64,000 bases of DNA, taken from the NCBI GenBank assembly GCA_947643225.1, contig CANRVH010000003.1, forward strand, positions 7,499 through 71,498. Direction: 5' to 3'. The notes beneath the pieces were generated by a model. The model ran no database searches. It was not told the DNA's origin and saw only the letters and a list, made by a program, of their open reading frames with translations. Positions within the stretch are counted from its first letter, which is position 1; each line of letters starts with the position of its first letter. The position numbers were made by a program, and so were the translations under genes. This DNA is from an uncultured Clostridia bacterium (GTDB lineage Bacteria; Bacillota_I; Bacilli_A; RF39; UBA660). Shown one piece after another: positions 8,648-18,475 of this stretch.

Positions 8648-11197
8648 ATGAAAAGATGTGAAGTTGATAGAAACGAATTAAGTCCAATGATGAGACAATA
8701 TATGGATATTAAGGATAACTATGAAGATGCAATTTTATTTTTTAGATTAGGCGATTTTTATGAGATGTTTTTTGATGATGCTATTCTTGCTAGCCGTGAA
8801 CTGGAATTAACTTTAACTGGTAAAAATGCAGGATTAAGCGAAAAAGTACCTATGTGTGGCATTCCGCACCATGCCTATGCCTCTTATATTGATACATTAA
8901 TAGAAAAAGGCTATAAAGTAGCAATCTGTGAACAATTAGAGGATCCAAAATCTACTAAAGGAATGGTGAAAAGAGATGTTGTTCAAATCGTTACTCGCGG
9001 TACTAGATTAGATAACCGAGTAGATAGTAAAAGCAACAACTTTTTAGCCAATATTTATGATTTTAAAAACTGTTATTGTATTAGTTATGTAGATGTTACA
9101 ACTGGAGAATTTTATTGTAAAATTATAGAAAAAGAAGAACAAGAAATAATCAGAGAAGTAATAAAAAATAATTTTAATGAAATAATTGCCAGCGAAAATG
9201 TCGATAGAAATTTGATTAATACTTTAAGAACGATTTATCATGTAATTGTAACCATCACCAAAGATATTAATAATCAAGATAGATATTCTTATATTTATCA
9301 AGATATTGAAGATGAAAGATTAATTACTACAATTAAACATTTACTTAACTACATCATCGATACAAAGAAAAAAGATTTAGTTCACTTACAAAAAGTAGAA
9401 ATTCTTCATAATCAAAATACTTTATTATTTGATATTAATACCAAAAGAAATCTAGAACTAACAGAAACAATTAGAAATAAAGATAGAATGTATAGCTTGC
9501 TATGGCTTTTAGATAAAAATAAAACAGCTATGGGAAGCAGATTTCTAAAATATAATATAGAAAACCCACTTACCAATAAAAAAGAAATAGAAAGACGATA
9601 TAATCTAGTAGAAAAACTATCCACCCAATTTATTTTAAGAGATGACTTAATGACAGAACTTGACCATGTATATGATCTTGAACGACTTGTAGGTAGAGTT
9701 AGTTATGGAAATTTAAACGCAAAAGATCTTCTTCAACTAAAAACCTCTATTTTATCTCTTCCAAAAATTAAGGATATTTTAATTGAAATTGGATATGATA
9801 AAAATATCGAGACATTCCCTGAATTATATGATTTACTTGAGCAATCTATTAATGAAGAAAGTCCACTTTCTCTTCATGAAGGAGGATTAATTAAAGATGG
9901 ATATAGTCATGAACTCGATGAATTACGAAAAATAAAAAATGGTTCTAAGGACTTTATATTAGAATTAGAGCAAGAAGAAAAACAAAAAACAGGAATTAAG
10001 AATTTAAAAGTAGGCTATAACAAAATTTTTGGTTATTATATCGAAGTTAGTAAAGCAAATATTCCTTTAGTAAAAGACGAATATGGTTGGGATAGAAAAC
10101 AAACTTTAGCTAATTGTGAAAGATTTACAACTCCTCTTTTAAAAGAAAAAGAAAATATTATTCTTGGAGCTGAAGAAAAAATTATTCATTTAGAATACAA
10201 ATTATTCATGGATATTAGAGAAGTAACAAAAAGATATATTCATGCACTACAAGAAGTATCTAAAATTATTAGTGAAGTAGATATGTTACAAGCATTTTCT
10301 GTAGTCAGCGATGAAAATAAGTATGTTCGACCTAAATTAGTCTCAGAGCAATCCATCAAATTAATAGAATGTCGCCATCCTGTCGTTGAAAAAGTAATGA
10401 AAGATAAATATATTGCAAATGATATAATAATGGAAAAAGATACAGATATTCTCCTAATTACAGGTCCCAATATGGCTGGTAAGTCTACATACATGAGACA
10501 GTGTGCAATTACAGTAATCATGGCCCAAATTGGCTGTTTTGTTCCTTGTAAAAGTTGTAGTATGCCCATATTTGATAAAATTTTTACTAGAATTGGTGCT
10601 AGTGATGATCTAGTTAGTGGAGAATCAACTTTTATGGTAGAAATGAAAGAAGCACAGTATGCAATTGTAGAAGCAACCGAAAATAGCCTAATTTTATTTG
10701 ATGAGTTAGGACGAGGAACAGCCACATATGATGGCATGGCTCTTGCTCAAGCAATATTAGAATATATTCATAACAATATTAAAGCAAAAACAATGTTTTC
10801 TACTCACTATCATGAACTTACTGAATTAGCTAAAGAACTAGAAAAATTAAGAAATGTTCATGTTTCAGCAATAGAAGAAGATGGAAATATCACATTCTTA
10901 CACAAAGTAAAAAATGGGGCAGTAGATAAAAGTTATGGAATTCATGTAGCAAGTCTTGCCGGACTTCCTAAGTCGTTAATTAAAAGAAGTGAAGAAATTC
11001 TAAAGATTTATGAAAGTAAAGAACAACATCAACAAAATTTTACACAAACCTCATTGTTTGAACTTGAACAAGTAGAAAAAGAAGAAAAAAATATTGTTGA
11101 AGAAAAAATTAAGCACATTAATCCATTAGAAATGACTCCAATGGAAGCAATAAATTTTTTATACGAGTTAAAAAAAGAATTAAAAGAAAAAAGGTGA
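8648..11197 (+). CDS. mutS: DNA mismatch repair protein MutS
   Basis: N-terminal MRQYMDIKDNYEDAILFFRLGDFYEMFFDDA; Walker A ITGPNMAGKSTYMRQ; 849 aa. Confidence 0.95.
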   Translation: MKRCEVDRNELSPMMRQYMDIKDNYEDAILFFRLGDFYEMFFDDAILASRELELTLTGKNAGLSEKVPMCGIPHHAYASYIDTLIEKGYKVAICEQLEDPKSTKGMVKRDVVQIVTRGTRLDNRVDSKSNNFLANIYDFKNCYCISYVDVTTGEFYCKIIEKEEQEIIREVIKNNFNEIIASENVDRNLINTLRTIYHVIVTITKDINNQDRYSYIYQDIEDERLITTIKHLLNYIIDTKKKDLVHLQKVEILHNQNTLLFDINTKRNLELTETIRNKDRMYSLLWLLDKNKTAMGSRFLKYNIENPLTNKKEIERRYNLVEKLSTQFILRDDLMTELDHVYDLERLVGRVSYGNLNAKDLLQLKTSILSLPKIKDILIEIGYDKNIETFPELYDLLEQSINEESPLSLHEGGLIKDGYSHELDELRKIKNGSKDFILELEQEEKQKTGIKNLKVGYNKIFGYYIEVSKANIPLVKDEYGWDRKQTLANCERFTTPLLKEKENIILGAEEKIIHLEYKLFMDIREVTKRYIHALQEVSKIISEVDMLQAFSVVSDENKYVRPKLVSEQSIKLIECRHPVVEKVMKDKYIANDIIMEKDTDILLITGPNMAGKSTYMRQCAITVIMAQIGCFVPCKSCSMPIFDKIFTRIGASDDLVSGESTFMVEMKEAQYAIVEATENSLILFDELGRGTATYDGMALAQAILEYIHNNIKAKTMFSTHYHELTELAKELEKLRNVHVSAIEEDGNITFLHKVKNGAVDKSYGIHVASLAGLPKSLIKRSEEILKIYESKEQHQQNFTQTSLFELEQVEKEEKNIVEEKIKHINPLEMTPMEAINFLYELKKELKEKR

Positions 11198-11204
11198 GCA
11201 AAAA

Positions 11205-11810
11205 ATGAGGAACAAGGAGACTAAAATTGATCAAGTAATCACTAACACTTTAAGAATATGTATTATCTTTTTGTTCTTTATTAAAGTTGCTCAAAGTGAT
11301 TTTGAGCACATTCATTATTTATTAACAACTTTTCTTTTTACCTTCTATAACCAACTCTTACTAAAATGGTTTCACTTTCAATTTAATTGTTTTATTCATA
11401 ATTTAATATTGATTTATATCTTTTTATCACAAGTCTTAGGTAGAACATTTAACTTCTATATGATTATTTCTTACTGGGACATTTTTCTACATACTATAGC
11501 AGGAATATTATTCTACTTTTTAGGAAAAGAAATTATTCATCATTTAAATCACCATACTATAAATAAATTTTTTCTTATTTTCTTCTCAATTTGTTTTTCT
11601 ATAGCAATGGGAACCTTATGGGAAATATTAGAATTTACTTATGATTGGATTTTTATTAAAAACACTCAAGAGGCGAGAGGTTTAGTTGGAAGAGATGCCT
11701 TAATTGATACAATGAGTGATTTAATCGTTTTGTGTATGGGTACTTTTTTCTCTGCTATTATAGACTTATTATTGAAAAAAAGAAAAATTAAGTTACAACA
11801 AATAAATTAA
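11205..11810 (+). CDS. hypothetical polytopic membrane protein
   Basis: Multiple hydrophobic helices; occupies the position where mutL is normally found. Confidence 0.4.
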   Translation: MRNKETKIDQVITNTLRICIIFLFFIKVAQSDFEHIHYLLTTFLFTFYNQLLLKWFHFQFNCFIHNLILIYIFLSQVLGRTFNFYMIISYWDIFLHTIAGILFYFLGKEIIHHLNHHTINKFFLIFFSICFSIAMGTLWEILEFTYDWIFIKNTQEARGLVGRDALIDTMSDLIVLCMGTFFSAIIDLLLKKRKIKLQQIN

Positions 11811-11988
11811 TAATAGTTATAAAAACGTATCGTAACAATTAAAAAATAGTAAACCTAATTACAAATAACTTTTACTTTTTTATAGAAACCATTCACCTCT
11901 ATTGTAACGCTACAACTACAAATCATTTATTTTACTTTTTATACTGACTTTTTTTTCTTGATATGTTAAAATTAAATAGGTGATATTA

Positions 11989-12396
11989 ATGAAAAATAGA
12001 AGTGAATTAAGAGAAATTATCATGAAGTGTTTATATCAGATTTTCGTAATAAAAAACACTAATTTAGAATATAATGTTACAGAAATTATCCATGAACAAT
12101 TAGAGGTTGAAAATGAATTTGTTTCCACTACAATAAATGGAATCATAGAACACTTAGATGAAATTAAAACTCTTGCAGATAAATATTTAGTTGATTGGAA
12201 AATAGAACGACTTAATTTAGTTGATCAAAGTATTCTATGTATTGGTATTTATGAATTAAACTATACAGATACTCCATCTATTGTTGCTATTAATGAAGCA
12301 ATTGAACTTTCAAAAAAATACTCTGATGAAGCAGTTACTAAAATGATTAATGGAGTTTTAGATAATATTTATCATAGTGAGGAAAATCATGAATGA
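11989..12396 (+). CDS. nusB: transcription antitermination factor NusB
   Basis: NusB-like sequence (AINEAIELSKKYSDEAVTKMINGVLDNI); ATG at 11989 preceded by AGGTGA SD. The listed ORF begins at an upstream GTG. Confidence 0.8.
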   Translation: MKNRSELREIIMKCLYQIFVIKNTNLEYNVTEIIHEQLEVENEFVSTTINGIIEHLDEIKTLADKYLVDWKIERLNLVDQSILCIGIYELNYTDTPSIVAINEAIELSKKYSDEAVTKMINGVLDNIYHSEENHE

Positions 12397-13642
12397 TAAA
12401 TACATTAGTATTAGTCAATTAACAAAATACATTAAATATAAAATTGACAATGATATACACCTACAAGAAGTTTATCTTAAAGGAGAAATATCTAATTTTA
12501 AAGCACATACTAGAGGGCACTTTTACTTTACTTTAAAAGATGAAGAGTCAAGAATTAATGCAGTAATGTTTAGTAGTAATGCAAGTAAAGTAAAATTTAC
12601 TCCACAAGATGGAATGAAAGTTTTATTATCGGGAAAAATCAGTGTCTATCCTGCTAATGGTAGCTATCAAGTATATGTTAATGAACTACTTGAAGATGGG
12701 ATAGGTAATTTATACATTGCTTTTGAACAATTAAAGAAAAAACTTGCTCAAGAAGGATTATTTGATGAATATCATAAAAAGAAAATACCTAAAATCCCCA
12801 TGCATATTGGGGTAATAACCGCACCAACTGGAGCAGCAATTCGGGATATTAACTCTACAATAAAAAGAAGATGGCCAATAGCAGAAGTCATTTTATTTCC
12901 AGCACTAGTTCAAGGAGAATTTGCCAAAGATAGTGTTATAAAACAAATTAAATTAGCAGATACTTATCAATTAGATGTTCTAATCGTTGGACGTGGTGGA
13001 GGCTCTATCGAAGATTTATGGTGTTTTAACGAAGAAGAAGTAGCAAGAGCAATCTACCATGCTAATACACCAATTATTAGTGCAGTTGGCCATGAAATTG
13101 ACTTCACTATTGCCGATTTTGTCAGTGATATGAGAGCACCTACCCCAACTGGAGCAGCTGAAATGGCCGTTCCAAATAAAAGCGATATAGACAATTATAT
13201 AAAACAATTAGATATTCGCTTACACAAAGTAATTCAAAATAAAATCAATATAACTAAACAAAGACTTGAGCAAATTATTTCTAGACCTGTTTTTAAAGAC
13301 CCTGTTAGTATATATGGAATAAAAGAACAACAATTTTCAAATTTACTAGATAAACTTCGTTATAATATTGTTAACTTATATAATACAAAAAATAATGAAT
13401 ATCAAAAATTAATGCAAAGTATGGTTTTTAAAAATCCGGAAAAACTATTAGAAAAAGAGAAAAATAACTATTTAATGCTTCTTAGTAAATTAGAAACACT
13501 AAGTCCAGTGCTTACAATTAAACGAGGATATTCTATTATTAGAAAAAATGGAAAGATTATTAATAGTATTAAAGAAGTTAAAACAAACGATCCATTAGAG
13601 CTTGAGGTAAGTGATGGAAAAATTAATGTGGAGGTAAAATAA
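12377..13642 (+). CDS. xseA: exodeoxyribonuclease VII large subunit
   Basis: OB-fold N-terminus plus catalytic core GRGGGSIEDLWCFNEE; nusB-xseA-xseB is a typical Firmicutes order. Confidence 0.9.
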   Translation: MRKIMNDKYISISQLTKYIKYKIDNDIHLQEVYLKGEISNFKAHTRGHFYFTLKDEESRINAVMFSSNASKVKFTPQDGMKVLLSGKISVYPANGSYQVYVNELLEDGIGNLYIAFEQLKKKLAQEGLFDEYHKKKIPKIPMHIGVITAPTGAAIRDINSTIKRRWPIAEVILFPALVQGEFAKDSVIKQIKLADTYQLDVLIVGRGGGSIEDLWCFNEEEVARAIYHANTPIISAVGHEIDFTIADFVSDMRAPTPTGAAEMAVPNKSDIDNYIKQLDIRLHKVIQNKINITKQRLEQIISRPVFKDPVSIYGIKEQQFSNLLDKLRYNIVNLYNTKNNEYQKLMQSMVFKNPEKLLEKEKNNYLMLLSKLETLSPVLTIKRGYSIIRKNGKIINSIKEVKTNDPLELEVSDGKINVEVK

Positions 13643-13643
13643 A

Positions 13644-13871
13644 ATGGCAAAAAATGAAAAAAGCTTTGAAGAAAATTTAAATGAATTAGAAAATATTGTA
13701 AAAGATTTAGAAAACGGAGAAATAAAACTAGATGATGCGATTAATAAATATAGTGAAGCAATGAAACTATCAAAAATTTGTAGTGAAAAGTTAAAAAATG
13801 CTGAAGAAGCAATTAATAAAATTGTAAATGTTGATGGTAATATGGAAGAATTTAAGAATATAGAAGAATAG
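13644..13871 (+). CDS. xseB: exodeoxyribonuclease VII small subunit
   Basis: 75 aa; FEENLNELENIVKDLENGEIKLDDAINKYSEAMKL coiled-coil typical of XseB; coupled to xseA. Confidence 0.85.
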   Translation: MAKNEKSFEENLNELENIVKDLENGEIKLDDAINKYSEAMKLSKICSEKLKNAEEAINKIVNVDGNMEEFKNIEE

Positions 13872-13881
13872 GAGAAATATT

Positions 13882-15105
13882 ATGGAATTTTGTACAATTA
13901 GTGAAAAAGAGTTCAGAGAATTTTCAAAAACATCTAATCAAAGAACCTTTTTACAAACACCAGAAATTGGAAAATTAAGACAAAAGTCTGGATGGCAAGT
14001 TCACTATATAGCAGTAAAAAAAGAACAAAAAATAATTGCTGCAACTATGATGGTATCCATTACACGGCATTTTGGAAAGAAAGAGTTCTATGCACCAAGA
14101 GGTTTTTTATTAGATTATACAAATAAAGAATTATTCACTTTTTTCACGAATGAAATAAAAAAATATGTTAAAAATAATAAGGGATATCAATTTAGAATTG
14201 ATCCATATTTTATCCATATCGAAAGAGATGGTGAAGGGAAAAAAGTAAATGGGGGAATCAATCATTCTAAAATTAAAAGCGATTTCAAAGAACTTGGTTA
14301 TAAGCAAGTAAAAAAAGAAGATATGGAACAGGTTGGATGGATGTATGTTTTAGACCTTGAGGGAAAATCGGAAGATGAAATTCTAAAAAACATGAAACAG
14401 AATACCCGTAATATTATTCGTAAAACTCTTAAACATGGAATAGAAATTAAGGAATTAGAGAAAAAAGATTTAAAAGAATTTTATAAAATCATGGTAGAAA
14501 CAAGCAAAAGAAAAGGATTCGCAATTAGAAGTTTAGAATACTTTGAGGATATGTATGATCTATATCATCCTCGAGGAGAAATTAAATATCTAATTACCAA
14601 ACTAGATTTAAAAAAACATCTTAAATTATTAAAAGATGAAAGAAATAAATGTATTTTAGAAAAAGAAAGTTTAAATGATTCTAGGTTTAATGATGGCAAG
14701 AGAAAGGCAATAGATGAACAGATCGAAGGATTAAATAAAAGTATCCAGCATGCTAATGAAATAAGAAAAAAAGATGGAGATATTATTACCTTATCTGGTT
14801 CTATGTTTATGCTTACTGATCCTGAAGTGATCTATTTATCTAGTGGGAATTATGAAGAATATATGTTCTATAATTCACAATATTTAATTCAATGGGAAAT
14901 GATTAAATATGGAATTAAAAATCACTTTAAACGATATAATTTTTATGGTATTACAGGTAACTTTGATAAAAACGATAAAGATTATGGAATTTATAAATTT
15001 AAAACAGGATTTAATGGATATGTAGAGGAATTAATTGGCGAATATGTTATGCCAACCTCATTTATTTATTATATCTTAAGCTTCATTCACAAAATTAAAA
15101 AATAG
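13882..15105 (+). CDS. FemAB-family peptidoglycan interpeptide-bridge aminoacyltransferase
   Basis: 407 aa; GNAT-like halves split by a coiled-coil insertion (aa ~230-300), as in FemA/FemX/MurM. Confidence 0.6.
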   Translation: MEFCTISEKEFREFSKTSNQRTFLQTPEIGKLRQKSGWQVHYIAVKKEQKIIAATMMVSITRHFGKKEFYAPRGFLLDYTNKELFTFFTNEIKKYVKNNKGYQFRIDPYFIHIERDGEGKKVNGGINHSKIKSDFKELGYKQVKKEDMEQVGWMYVLDLEGKSEDEILKNMKQNTRNIIRKTLKHGIEIKELEKKDLKEFYKIMVETSKRKGFAIRSLEYFEDMYDLYHPRGEIKYLITKLDLKKHLKLLKDERNKCILEKESLNDSRFNDGKRKAIDEQIEGLNKSIQHANEIRKKDGDIITLSGSMFMLTDPEVIYLSSGNYEEYMFYNSQYLIQWEMIKYGIKNHFKRYNFYGITGNFDKNDKDYGIYKFKTGFNGYVEELIGEYVMPTSFIYYILSFIHKIKK

Positions 15106-15178
15106 AAAAATTTACTAAGTTAAAAAATAGAAATTTAGTTCATAATACTAGTGTAGTTTGATTTTAGGAGATGGTTGT

Positions 15179-16162
15179 ATGAAAAATAAATTCAAACTAC
15201 TTGTGTTATGGACTTTTCTTCTTTTATTTATACCTATTAATATTTTTGCCTATTCCGATTATATTATACCTGGTGGTGAAAATGTCGGAATAGAGGTTAA
15301 TTCTAAAGGAGTACTAGTAGTTGGTTTTTATAAGGTTAATGATCAGTTCATTGCCAGAGACAGTGGCTTTTTAGTCGGGGACTCCATAATAAAAGTAAAT
15401 GATAAAGAAATAAGTTCGATTGATGATATGGTTAGTGTAATTAAAGAGAATAATAACGAAAAAATTAGATTTACAATTAATAGAGAGAAAAAAGAAAAAA
15501 TAATTACAATGAATGAAAATATAGATAAAGATGGAATATATAAAACAGGAATGTATGTAAAAGATAAAATTATAGGAATAGGTACACTAACATATGTCGA
15601 TCCTAAAACAAAAATATTTGGAGCATTAGGACATGAAATTAATGAGAAAACAACTGCAGAAAAATTTGAAATTAAAGATGGAAAAATTTTTAAGTCTGAT
15701 GTCACAGGAATAGAAAGAAGTGAAAGTGGTAGTGCAGGAGAAAAAAAAGCAGAATATGATGCCAATACCGTTTATGGAAAAGTAGGTGAAAATACAACAT
15801 CAGGAATTTTTGGGGATTATACCGATTCTCTTCCAAATACTGATCCATTAAAAGTTGCCAATAAAGACGAAGTAAGAACTGGAGAGGCAATAATTAGAAC
15901 CGTAATCGATCAAAATAAAGTAGAAGAATTTAAAATTAATATTATTAACATTGATAAAAATAATGAAACAAAAAACCTTTTGTTTGAAGTAACAGATAAA
16001 ACTCTGTTAGAAAAAACAGGTGGAGTAGTTCAAGGAATGAGTGGTTCCCCAATTATTCAGAATGGAATGATTATAGGAGCAGTAACACACGTTATTGTTA
16101 ATGATACTACTAAAGGATATGGTATATTTATAACAACAATGCTAAAAGAAGGGGACAGTTAA
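15179..16162 (+). CDS. spoIVB: SpoIVB peptidase (S55), stage IV sporulation protein B
   Basis: Signal anchor, PDZ region, and catalytic region GGVVQGMSGSPIIQNGMIIGAVTHV; ATG at 15179 after an AGGAGA SD. Confidence 0.75.
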   Translation: MKNKFKLLVLWTFLLLFIPINIFAYSDYIIPGGENVGIEVNSKGVLVVGFYKVNDQFIARDSGFLVGDSIIKVNDKEISSIDDMVSVIKENNNEKIRFTINREKKEKIITMNENIDKDGIYKTGMYVKDKIIGIGTLTYVDPKTKIFGALGHEINEKTTAEKFEIKDGKIFKSDVTGIERSESGSAGEKKAEYDANTVYGKVGENTTSGIFGDYTDSLPNTDPLKVANKDEVRTGEAIIRTVIDQNKVEEFKINIINIDKNNETKNLLFEVTDKTLLEKTGGVVQGMSGSPIIQNGMIIGAVTHVIVNDTTKGYGIFITTMLKEGDS

Positions 16163-16217
16163 TGTCCCTTTTTCGTATAATATTAATTTTCTAATCCATA
16201 ATAATAATGGTGATAAT

Positions 16218-16931
16218 ATGGATATTGTAGAAGCTTTAGAAATTATTCCAAAATGTATTTTATCAATTATTATATTGTTTATTGTAACAAAAATTATTGG
16301 TAAAAAACAAGTTTCCCAACTTAGCTTATTTGATTATGTTGTAGGAATATCAATTGGAAACTTTATTGCAGAAATGGTTATTAATAAAGAGGTTCAATAT
16401 ATAGATGGTGTAGTAGCCATGCTAGTATTTGGAATATTTTCCTATATTGTTTCATGGCTATCAATGAAGAGTATAGTCTTTAGAAGATTTACTATAGGTG
16501 TTCCTACTATGATTGTTGAAAATGGAAAAATTATTGAGTCTGGTCTTAAGAAAACAAATATAGATATTAATGACTTTTTAGAGCAATGTAGATTACAAGG
16601 ATATTTTGATCTTAACGATATTAGTTATGCAATTATGGAAGCAAGCGGAGATATTAGTATTCTACCTAAAGATAATGCTACTCCAGTTGTTAAAAAAGAT
16701 TTAAAAATTAAAGGAACCAATGCTACTTTAACAGCTAATTTAATTATTGATGGAAAATTTCTAGATAAGAATATTAAAGGTTGTAATCTGACCATTAAGA
16801 AAATTAGAGATGAACTAAGAAAAGAAGGATACTCTTCAGAAGAAGAAATTTTACTAGCTATTTACTCAAATAATAAAATCATTTTTTATAAAAAAGAAGT
16901 GGATACCAAGAACTATTCTTTACTAGAATAG
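16218..16931 (+). CDS. DUF421 (YetF/YdfS-like) membrane protein
   Basis: N-terminal three TM helices (LFDYVVGISIGNFIAEM) then a soluble C-terminal domain, as in the YetF family. Confidence 0.6.
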   Translation: MDIVEALEIIPKCILSIIILFIVTKIIGKKQVSQLSLFDYVVGISIGNFIAEMVINKEVQYIDGVVAMLVFGIFSYIVSWLSMKSIVFRRFTIGVPTMIVENGKIIESGLKKTNIDINDFLEQCRLQGYFDLNDISYAIMEASGDISILPKDNATPVVKKDLKIKGTNATLTANLIIDGKFLDKNIKGCNLTIKKIRDELRKEGYSSEEEILLAIYSNNKIIFYKKEVDTKNYSLLE

Positions 16932-16970
16932 TTTTTAATGTTATAATAAGAACCATTAGGAGAAAATAAA

Positions 16971-17621
16971 ATGAAAAAAATAAAAATAAATAAAAAAATG
17001 ATTGGAATACTTTCAGGAACCTTCATTTTAAGTTCTATTAGTCTAAATGGTTGTAATAAAAAAATTGATTGTGACATTGAAATTGAACATGCTCACAAAT
17101 ATATCAGTACAGAAGGATTTTCAACCTATAAGATTAGTGAATATGAAACACAAGACAAACTTTTTAGACAAAACGAATATTTAAAAATAACGAGCGAAAT
17201 TGAGTTAATGAACCAGTTTAATCTTTTAAAAATAGAGGATAATATTGATTCCATTATAGAGGATACTAGTAATGATCTTCCTCATATTGAATATGAATAT
17301 CAATATAGATATTCCATTACACAAATTATTAGTGGAATACCTATTACTTCTTGGTATAATGCCAATGGTTTTACTACTGACTCTCATCATGCTAACCTAA
17401 CCGGAAATATCTATGATATAGATTATCAATATAAAGCATATAAAATCATAACAGATGAAGAAGGAAATCCTCATTTACAAGAAAGTGAACCTGTTGACGA
17501 TTTGCTATCAATCAAAAATAACTATCCATATTTCAAACTAGATGATTATAAAATAAAGATTTATTCAGATAAATATAAATTAAAAAAAACAAAAGAAAAA
17601 ATAAAAACTATCATTAGATAG
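16971..17621 (+). CDS. putative lipoprotein
   Basis: Signal peptide ending in the lipobox-like LNGC; no recognisable domain. Confidence 0.45.
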   Translation: MKKIKINKKMIGILSGTFILSSISLNGCNKKIDCDIEIEHAHKYISTEGFSTYKISEYETQDKLFRQNEYLKITSEIELMNQFNLLKIEDNIDSIIEDTSNDLPHIEYEYQYRYSITQIISGIPITSWYNANGFTTDSHHANLTGNIYDIDYQYKAYKIITDEEGNPHLQESEPVDDLLSIKNNYPYFKLDDYKIKIYSDKYKLKKTKEKIKTIIR

Positions 17622-17626
17622 TTTTT

Positions 17627-17719
17627 TTAAATAAAATAAATGACCAACATTCCAAAAAAACCTACAAGCATTACTACCAATAATAATAGAGCAACAGCTT
17701 TTATTAATTTCTTATTCAT
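17627..17719 (-). CDS. 30-aa hydrophobic small peptide (MNKKLIKAVALLLLVVMLVGFFGMLVIYFI)
   Basis: Translated by hand from the minus strand; GAGGTG SD 7 nt upstream of the ATG; single TM helix; not in the ORF track (<60 aa). Confidence 0.3.
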   Translation of the reverse strand: MNKKLIKAVALLLLVVMLVGFFGMLVIYFI

Positions 17720-17818
17720 TGTTACACCTCATACTAATTATAAAATAATTGTATAAAAAAGTAAAATATATTATTAATAATTGTGAATATTTTTTCATAG
17801 TATTTAGTGGTGATACTA

Positions 17819-18444
17819 TGGACAAGTCTAAATATAAAAATGAATACAATAAAAATAAAAAAAGAAGATTATTTAAAATATTACTAATAATAACAATAAT
17901 TAGTATAGTAATGGGAGTTTTTTATGTAGCAATTATTTCCAAAGCTGATAAAAACTTACTGAAAAATAGTTTTGATCAATTTTTCTCTAGTATCAAAACA
18001 AATCATTATAATCAACTAGAGGCCTTTATCAAGTGCTTTTTATCTAATGTATTCCTTACTTTTCTAATATGGATCTTAGGTATTTCAATCATTGGAACCC
18101 CTGTTAGTATAATTTACCTTATTTTTAAAAGTTTTGTTTTTGGATTTTCTCTCAGTAGTATGATATACACATATGGAATTAGAGGGATAATTCCTAGCTT
18201 AATTTATTCTTTGCCATTATTCATTAACTTAGTAATCATTTTTCTTTTAACCTTTTATTCTGTTAACTTTTCTAAAAAATTATATTTATTTTTATTTAAG
18301 AAAAAAGATATTCCACTAACAAGAATGGTTCATACATATTCTAAATTTCTTCTTTTTCTTCTAATCATTATGACAATCAGTTGTATCATCTCTAGCTATA
18401 TCATTCCAATTTTAATAAATGTTTTTACAAAAAAATTGATTTAA
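17819..18444 (+). CDS. spoIIM: stage II sporulation protein M-like (DUF95) membrane protein
   Basis: ~210 aa with about 5 TM helices; the B. subtilis spoIIM-fur-xerD-...-deoB neighbourhood is echoed here (xerD and deoB lie 8 kb away). Confidence 0.4.
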
Positions 18445-18475
18445 GGTATAATTGATTAATAGTTGAGGTGGTATA

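Noticed and set aside
9412-10737. Two minus-strand ORFs (70 and 165 aa) inside mutS
   Set aside because: Antisense shadow ORFs of mutS; hydrophobic junk translations, no SD.
11811-11979. 9-bp inverted repeat CGTAACAAT...ATTGTAACG and duplicated TTTTACTTTTT in the nusB upstream region
   Set aside because: Short repeats in very AT-rich DNA; could be an operator but indistinguishable from chance without comparative data.
13016-13650. Minus-strand ORFs inside xseA
   Set aside because: Antisense shadow ORFs.
15343-15890. Minus-strand ORFs (140 and 62 aa) inside spoIVB
   Set aside because: Antisense shadow ORFs with S/L/F/I-rich nonsense composition.
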